This document shows positions 58,922 to 64,000 of a stretch of 64,000 nt of DNA, one piece after another (the stretch's first letter is position 1; each line of letters begins with the position of its first letter). Where the stretch lies: contig JAGOVA010000005.1 of NCBI GenBank assembly GCA_018061005.1, forward strand, positions 13,292 to 77,291, given 5' to 3'. This DNA comes from Sterolibacterium sp. Lineage in GTDB: Bacteria > Pseudomonadota > Gammaproteobacteria > Burkholderiales > Rhodocyclaceae. Made by a program: the position numbers and the translations under genes. Below the pieces are notes generated by a model. The model was not told where the DNA came from and ran no database searches. It saw nothing but the letters and a program-made list of their open reading frames with translations.

Positions 58922-60697
58922 TCAAACCGTCCCTTGCTGCAGGCCAAACTGCAACTGCGCCAGCCGTGCGTAAAGCCCGCCCTCGCGACTCAGGCTTTCG
59001 TGGGTTCCGCTGGCAACGATGCGCCCCTGATCGAGCACGATGATGCGATGCGCCTTGCGTATGGTGGCCAGACGATGCGCGATGACCAGCGTGGTACGGT
59101 TCTGCACCAGATGCTCCAGGGCGGTCTGCACCAGTTGTTCGCTTTCGGCATCGAGTGCGCTGGTGGCTTCATCGAGCAACAGAAAAGGTGGATTCTTGAG
59201 GATGGCGCGGGCGATGGCTATCCGCTGACGCTGCCCACCAGAAAGACGCACACCACGCTCACCGAGAAAACTGTGCCAGCCTTCCGGCAGTCGCTCGATG
59301 AACTCATCGGCCACGGCGGCTCGCGCTGCCGCCTTGACTTCCTCATCCGTGGCAGCGGCACGGCCATAACGGATGTTTTCCAGCGCACTGGCCGAGAAGA
59401 TCACCGTATCCTGCGGCACGATGCCAATCCGCTCACGCAGCGCGCGCGGGTCGGTCTGGGTAATATCCACACCATCGAGCAGTATGCGTCCCTGTTGCGG
59501 GTCGTAATACCGCAGCAGCAATTGGAACAATGTGCTTTTGCCCGCGCCCGAAGGCCCCACCAGCGCCACGGTTTCGCCCGGCCGCACATCAAGATCAAAC
59601 GCATCCAGCGCCGCCTGATCCGGGCGGGAAGGGTAATGAAAGCGCAGTTGCTCGATGCGGATCTCACCGTGTGGCGGGGGCAAGGCCAGGGGCATGAGCG
59701 GAACATGGATCGTCGGTTGCGCCGCCAGCAACTCCATCAGGCGTTCCGTCGCTCCTGCGGCACGCTGCACATCGCCCCACACTTCAGACAACGCACCAAT
59801 GCTGCCCGCCACCATCACCGTATACAGAATGAACTGCCCCAGTTGCCCTGCGCTCATCGTGCCATCCAGCACCGCATGCGCGCCCAGCCAGAGCACCAAT
59901 ACCACCGCACCAAACGCCATGACGATGATGATGGCCGTCAATGCCGTGCGCGCACGAATCCGCCGCAATGCCGTGGTAAATGCGCTCTCCACTGCCTGCC
60001 CGAACGCCGCGCTCTCGCGCGCTTCTTGCGTATAGGCCTGGATAATGTTGATGGCATTGAGTTTTTCGCCTGCCAACGCACTTGAATCAGCCACCCGATC
60101 CTGGCTCGCGCGGGACAGACGGCGAACGGCACGACCAAAAATAATGATCGGGAAAATCACTGCCAGCAGCATGGCCAGCGTGTATCCGGTCAACCGCGGG
60201 CTGCTGACGGCCATCATGGCCAACGCGCCAACAAACATCAGCAGATTCCGCAATGCCATCGAAATACTGGTGCCCACCACCACCTGTATCAGTGTGGTAT
60301 CCGTCGTCAAACGTGACAGCACTTCGCCAGTGCGCGTCGTTTCAAAAAACTCCGGGCTCATGCCGAGTATGTGCCGGTAAGTCGCGCTGCGGATATCCGC
60401 CACCACCCGCTCACCCAGCCACGACACCAGATAAAAGCGCAGCGCGGTAAATGCGCCCAGCACCAATGCCACCACAAACAGCAACAGGAAATAATGGTCG
60501 ATATGCGCTGCGTTCTCTCGCGAAAACCCCAGATCAATCACCTGACGCACGGCTAGCGGCAGCACCAGCGCCGCCGCCGCCGCGACCATCAACACCAGCA
60601 TGGCCAGTGCCAGCCGCCCGCGATAAGGCCGCAAAAAATGCCACAACTGCTGCAAAACAGCGAAGTTGCGTGTAGCCGAAGGAGCAAGGGTCGTCAT
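58922..60697 (-). CDS. ABC exporter, fused permease/ATPase (ABCB/MsbA-like half transporter)
   Basis: 591 aa with a six-TM N-terminal half, Walker [10 protein letters not shown] and signature LSGGQRQR. Confidence 0.9.
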   Translation of the reverse strand: MTTLAPSATRNFAVLQQLWHFLRPYRGRLALAMLVLMVAAAAALVLPLAVRQVIDLGFSRENAAHIDHYFLLLFVVALVLGAFTALRFYLVSWLGERVVADIRSATYRHILGMSPEFFETTRTGEVLSRLTTDTTLIQVVVGTSISMALRNLLMFVGALAMMAVSSPRLTGYTLAMLLAVIFPIIIFGRAVRRLSRASQDRVADSSALAGEKLNAINIIQAYTQEARESAAFGQAVESAFTTALRRIRARTALTAIIIVMAFGAVVLVLWLGAHAVLDGTMSAGQLGQFILYTVMVAGSIGALSEVWGDVQRAAGATERLMELLAAQPTIHVPLMPLALPPPHGEIRIEQLRFHYPSRPDQAALDAFDLDVRPGETVALVGPSGAGKSTLFQLLLRYYDPQQGRILLDGVDITQTDPRALRERIGIVPQDTVIFSASALENIRYGRAAATDEEVKAAARAAVADEFIERLPEGWHSFLGERGVRLSGGQRQRIAIARAILKNPPFLLLDEATSALDAESEQLVQTALEHLVQNRTTLVIAHRLATIRKAHRIIVLDQGRIVASGTHESLSREGGLYARLAQLQFGLQQGTV

Positions 60698-60738
60698 GAG
60701 CAGTCACAAAACAGGAACAAAACTGTTCGATCATAGCT

Positions 60739-60771
60739 CAAACCCAGCGCAAACCCAGCACAAAGCCTGCC
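60739..60771. repeat. imperfect 11-bp tandem repeat (caaacccagcN) in a divergent intergenic region
   Basis: caaacccagcg caaacccagca caaagcctgcc, with further caaac-rich sequence to about 60790. Confidence 0.55.
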
Positions 60772-60999
60772 TGCAAACACCAAACCCACCCGGGTTGATC
60801 ACATGACTGACAGGCTCCGCTTGAAGGAAGAGAAACCAATCCAATGATCATACTGCGACGGCCCTGCAGACCTGTTCTGCAAAGCCTGCGATAATTCGCC
60901 GCTTGACCATTCCATTCAATTATTTGTTCAGACTTAAAGCATTTTGCCGAAACCATGGCAGTTTTAGCCACTTAGTCTTTAGTCTTGCCGGAGCGCATC

Positions 61000-62178
61000 A
61001 TGGAAGCAACCATTACCCTACACAAATCTCCCGCCCGCAACCTGCCGTCCGCCACTCAACCCGCTGGCCGTGCCATCACCGGCAACCGCGTCGAACTGCA
61101 ACTCCTGACGACGTTGCGTTGCAATCTCAAATGCACCTACTGTTCGATTGCCGAAGGCGAAGTGCTGGGTTCGCAGGGGAATGTGAGTTATACGACGGAA
61201 GCCCTCGAGCAGTTCATCCACACGCATCTGGCCGGGCTGGATACCTACGTCACTTTTTACGGCGGTGAGCCGACGCTCAACCGTCCGTTCATGCAACAGA
61301 TCATGGAACGCTATCCGCTGTTCCGTTTCCAGTTGCAGACTAACGGCACCCTGCTCGACGACCTGCCCGATAACATGCTCTCGCGCCTCTCCAACATTCT
61401 CGTTTCGATCGACGGCGGCGAACAAACCACCGATGGCTATCGCGGGCGCGGCATTTACCGGCAGGTGGTCAAAAATCTGGGCAAGGTGCGTAACAAGGTC
61501 AGCGGCACGCTGACGGCGCGTGTAACCTGGAGCAATGACGATATCAGCTTTGCGGAAATTGACGAACTGACCCGTACCTTCGATTACATCTATTTCCAGT
61601 TCGTTGCCGGTGAAGCCTACACTGCCGAGGGGCTGGAAAAACGCAAGGCGGTGCTGCGCCAGTTGATCGCCCGCTTCTTCGCCTCGACGGACACGCTTTA
61701 TCCGCTCATCCCGCTGATGGGCGTAGTTCGTAACAAGGTGCTGCCCTCCCGCGCCACCGAGCTTTACGCCGGCAAAACGCAATGCCGCGTCTCCACCCAC
61801 ATCATCAACGTGATGCCCGACGGCAAGATCTACCCCTGCCCCGACATGATGCACCTGCCCGAAATGCTGCAAGGCGACATCAATGCTAACTGGCTCAAGC
61901 CCAGTCCGTTGCAACCAACCGCCGACATGCCCTGTGAGGAGTGCGAGGCTTACAACTGGTGCCGGGGCAACTGCATGAAGAACCTCTATCTCGCCTATGT
62001 GCAGAAGGACGAGCGTTATCGCCAGAACGTCACCGATCCGATCTGCGAACTGGTGCGCTTCATGGGGCAGGAAATCGACCGCCACGATCCGCAAGCCTGG
62101 TTTGCCCGCCTGCCGCTGCCATTACGCCGCCAGATTACGGATTGCGAAGTGTATGACTATGTGGAGATCATGCCCTGA
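61000..62178 (+). CDS. radical SAM enzyme with a full C-terminal SPASM domain
   Basis: CNLKCTYC (CX3CX2C). SPASM pattern C-X17-C with GKIYPC, then CEECEAYNWCRGNC (CX2CX5CX3C) and a later Cys (PICELV). ATG 61000 has GGAG 6 nt upstream. The ORF-track start 60985 is TTG. Confidence 0.85.
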   Translation: MEATITLHKSPARNLPSATQPAGRAITGNRVELQLLTTLRCNLKCTYCSIAEGEVLGSQGNVSYTTEALEQFIHTHLAGLDTYVTFYGGEPTLNRPFMQQIMERYPLFRFQLQTNGTLLDDLPDNMLSRLSNILVSIDGGEQTTDGYRGRGIYRQVVKNLGKVRNKVSGTLTARVTWSNDDISFAEIDELTRTFDYIYFQFVAGEAYTAEGLEKRKAVLRQLIARFFASTDTLYPLIPLMGVVRNKVLPSRATELYAGKTQCRVSTHIINVMPDGKIYPCPDMMHLPEMLQGDINANWLKPSPLQPTADMPCEECEAYNWCRGNCMKNLYLAYVQKDERYRQNVTDPICELVRFMGQEIDRHDPQAWFARLPLPLRRQITDCEVYDYVEIMP

Positions 62179-62188
62179 CCTCTCACCA

Positions 62189-63844
62189 TCAGGTCAGGTT
62201 CCTGAGCATGTCGAGTGCCACGGCCTCGGCCACCTTGATGCCATCAATGGCCGCCGAGAAAATCCCCCCCGCATAACCCGCCCCTTCGCCCGCCGGGTAG
62301 AGGCCGTGGGTATTGATGCTGTTGAAATCATGGCCACGTTGTATCCGCAGCGGCGATGAAGTCCGGGTTTCAACCCCGGTCATCACCGCGTCTTCCAGTG
62401 CGAAGCCACGAATCTGCCGATTGAAGGCAGGCAACGCCTCGCGTAGTGCGGCCACCACATAATCGGGCAGACAGGAAGCCAGATCGGTGGGATGCACGCC
62501 CGGCGTGTAGGAAGGCTGCACCTCACCCAGTGCCGTCGATGCGCGCCCCGCCAGAAAATCCCCCACCCGCTGCGCGGGCGCAGCGTAATCGCTACCCCCT
62601 GCCCTGAACGCCTCACGCTCCCAGTGCTGCTGAAACGCGATACCTGCCAGTGGATTTTGCCGGGCATCGCCGGGAAAATCTTCGGGGTTAACATTCACCA
62701 CGAGGGCGCTGTTGGCATTGCGCTCGTTGCGTGAATACTGGCTCATGCCATTGGTGACCACATGCCCTTCTTCGGATGTGGCCGCCACCACGGTGCCACC
62801 CGGACACATACAGAAACTGTAGGCCGAACGGCCATCGGCGCAGTGATGTACCAGCTTGTAATCTGCCGCCCCCAGCAGCGGATGCCCGGCGTATTTGCCA
62901 AAGCGGGCGCGGTCGATCAGCGATTGCGGGTGTTCAATGCGAACGCCGATTGAGAAGGGCTTGGCCTCCATGAAAACCCCGCGATCATGCAGCATGGCGA
63001 AGGTATCGCGCGCACTGTGGCCGACCGCCAGCACCAGATGCCGCGTGGCCAGCACACGGCCATCCTGCAGACGCACGCCTTGCAACTGCCGCTCCACGCT
63101 GCCCGCCGCACCCACATCGACGAGCAGATCATCCACCCGGCTCTGGAAGCAGATTTCACCGCCCAGTGCCTCAATTTCCGCACGCATGCGCTCAAGCATG
63201 CTGACCAGTTTGAAGGTGCCGATGTGGGGTTTGCTCACATACAAAATTTCTTCGGGCGCACCCGCCTTGATAAATTCCTCCAGCACCTTGCGGCCGTGAT
63301 GTTGTGGATCCTTGATCTGGCTATACAGTTTGCCGTCCGAAAACGTGCCCGCACCACCTTCGCCAAACTGCACGTTGGATTCCGGGTTGAGCACACGTTT
63401 GCGCCACAGCCCCCAGGTATCCTGGGTGCGCTCACGCACCGCTTTGCCGCGTTCGAGAATGATCGGCCGAAAGCCCATTTGCGCCAGCAGCAGCCCGGCA
63501 AACAGACCGCACGGCCCCATGCCGATGACCAGCGGCCGCTCGGTTAGCCCGACGGGTGCCTGCGCCACAAAGCGATAGCGCATGTCGGGCGTGGCGGTGA
63601 CCTGCGGATGTTTCAGGCGACGCAGCAATGCCGCCTCATCCAGCTCCGGCGCAAGCGTCACATCCAGGCTATAAACCATGAAGATCATCGACGACTTGCG
63701 AGCGTCATAGCCGCGCCGGAAGATCGTGTAACCGACCAGTGCGTCTGCCGCAATATCCAGTCGTTGCAGGATGGCCGCGCGCAGCAACGCATCCGGCGCG
63801 TCGGCCTGCTCGATCGGCAGCTTGATTTCAGTCAGGCGCAGCAT
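62189..63844 (-). CDS. FAD-dependent oxidoreductase of unknown function (COG2509-like)
   Basis: 551 aa with dinucleotide fold VIGMGPCGLFAGLLLAQMG and GEGGAGTFSDGKL. Confidence 0.8.
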   Translation of the reverse strand: MLRLTEIKLPIEQADAPDALLRAAILQRLDIAADALVGYTIFRRGYDARKSSMIFMVYSLDVTLAPELDEAALLRRLKHPQVTATPDMRYRFVAQAPVGLTERPLVIGMGPCGLFAGLLLAQMGFRPIILERGKAVRERTQDTWGLWRKRVLNPESNVQFGEGGAGTFSDGKLYSQIKDPQHHGRKVLEEFIKAGAPEEILYVSKPHIGTFKLVSMLERMRAEIEALGGEICFQSRVDDLLVDVGAAGSVERQLQGVRLQDGRVLATRHLVLAVGHSARDTFAMLHDRGVFMEAKPFSIGVRIEHPQSLIDRARFGKYAGHPLLGAADYKLVHHCADGRSAYSFCMCPGGTVVAATSEEGHVVTNGMSQYSRNERNANSALVVNVNPEDFPGDARQNPLAGIAFQQHWEREAFRAGGSDYAAPAQRVGDFLAGRASTALGEVQPSYTPGVHPTDLASCLPDYVVAALREALPAFNRQIRGFALEDAVMTGVETRTSSPLRIQRGHDFNSINTHGLYPAGEGAGYAGGIFSAAIDGIKVAEAVALDMLRNLT

Positions 63845-63853
63845 GTCTGCCTT

Positions 63854-64000
63854 TCAGAACGGCCAGGTGCTCGACTCGGCACCACCATCCACTTCCAGAA
63901 TTTTGCCCGTCACCCAGCGTGCGGCGGGGGCGGCCAGATACAGTGCGGCAGCGGCAATATCCTCGGGCTGCCCCATGGATTTCATGGGCGTGCGGCGGAT
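63854..64000 (-). CDS. short-chain dehydrogenase/reductase, C-terminal end only
   Basis: My minus-strand translation gives ...[40 protein letters not shown], a typical SDR C-terminus. The gene starts beyond the window. Confidence 0.7.
   Translation of the reverse strand: MRRTPMKSMGQPEDIAAAALYLAAPAARWVTGKILEVDGGAESSTWPF

Noticed and set aside
58919-60085. 388-aa plus-strand ORF
   Set aside because: It is antisense to the ABC exporter, whose Walker and signature motifs fix the true frame.
60738-60971. 77-aa Cys-containing minus-strand ORF between the ABC exporter and the rSAM gene, considered as a precursor peptide
   Set aside because: It has a GTG start without a Shine-Dalgarno, low third-position GC unlike real genes here, and it overlaps the tandem-repeat patch. 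I list it only as something to test, not as a CDS.
61018-62094. 358-aa minus-strand ORF
   Set aside because: It is antisense to the radical SAM/SPASM gene, whose Cys motifs fix the true frame.

Overview
GC-rich chromosomal segment with strong third-position GC bias. Gene order suggests a betaproteobacterium: rppH/proS/slt, gmk-rpoZ-spoT, metX-metW-ampG, ccmABCDEFGHI, gshAB and EIIA-ptsH-ptsI. I support about 60 CDS. I found no rRNA, tRNA, CRISPR array, transposase or integrase. Most of the window is housekeeping. Four parts look non-routine. (1) The left 15 kb is a co-directional minus-strand catabolic island with four family III CoA-transferase paralogues, two acyl-CoA dehydrogenases, a split MaoC hydratase, a crotonase, an LLM oxidoreductase and a DUF2889 protein, followed by a LuxR-type regulator and a small-ORF/HDOD pair. 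REP-like palindromes interrupt the island. (2) A C-terminal relic of a type I restriction-modification methylase (HsdM) lies at about 16.0-16.3 kb. (3) Several nucleotide second-messenger genes are unusual: a class III cyclase fused to a hemerythrin-like domain, a Cache-GGDEF gene broken by two frameshifts, and a GGDEF-EAL protein with a degenerate NADEF motif. (4) At the right end, an orphan radical SAM/SPASM enzyme sits divergent from an ABC exporter across a repeat-rich, lower-GC spacer, next to a structured metX leader. Functional calls come from my own reading of the translations and motifs. No database search was run. The many long ORFs antisense to real genes are GC-driven artefacts.
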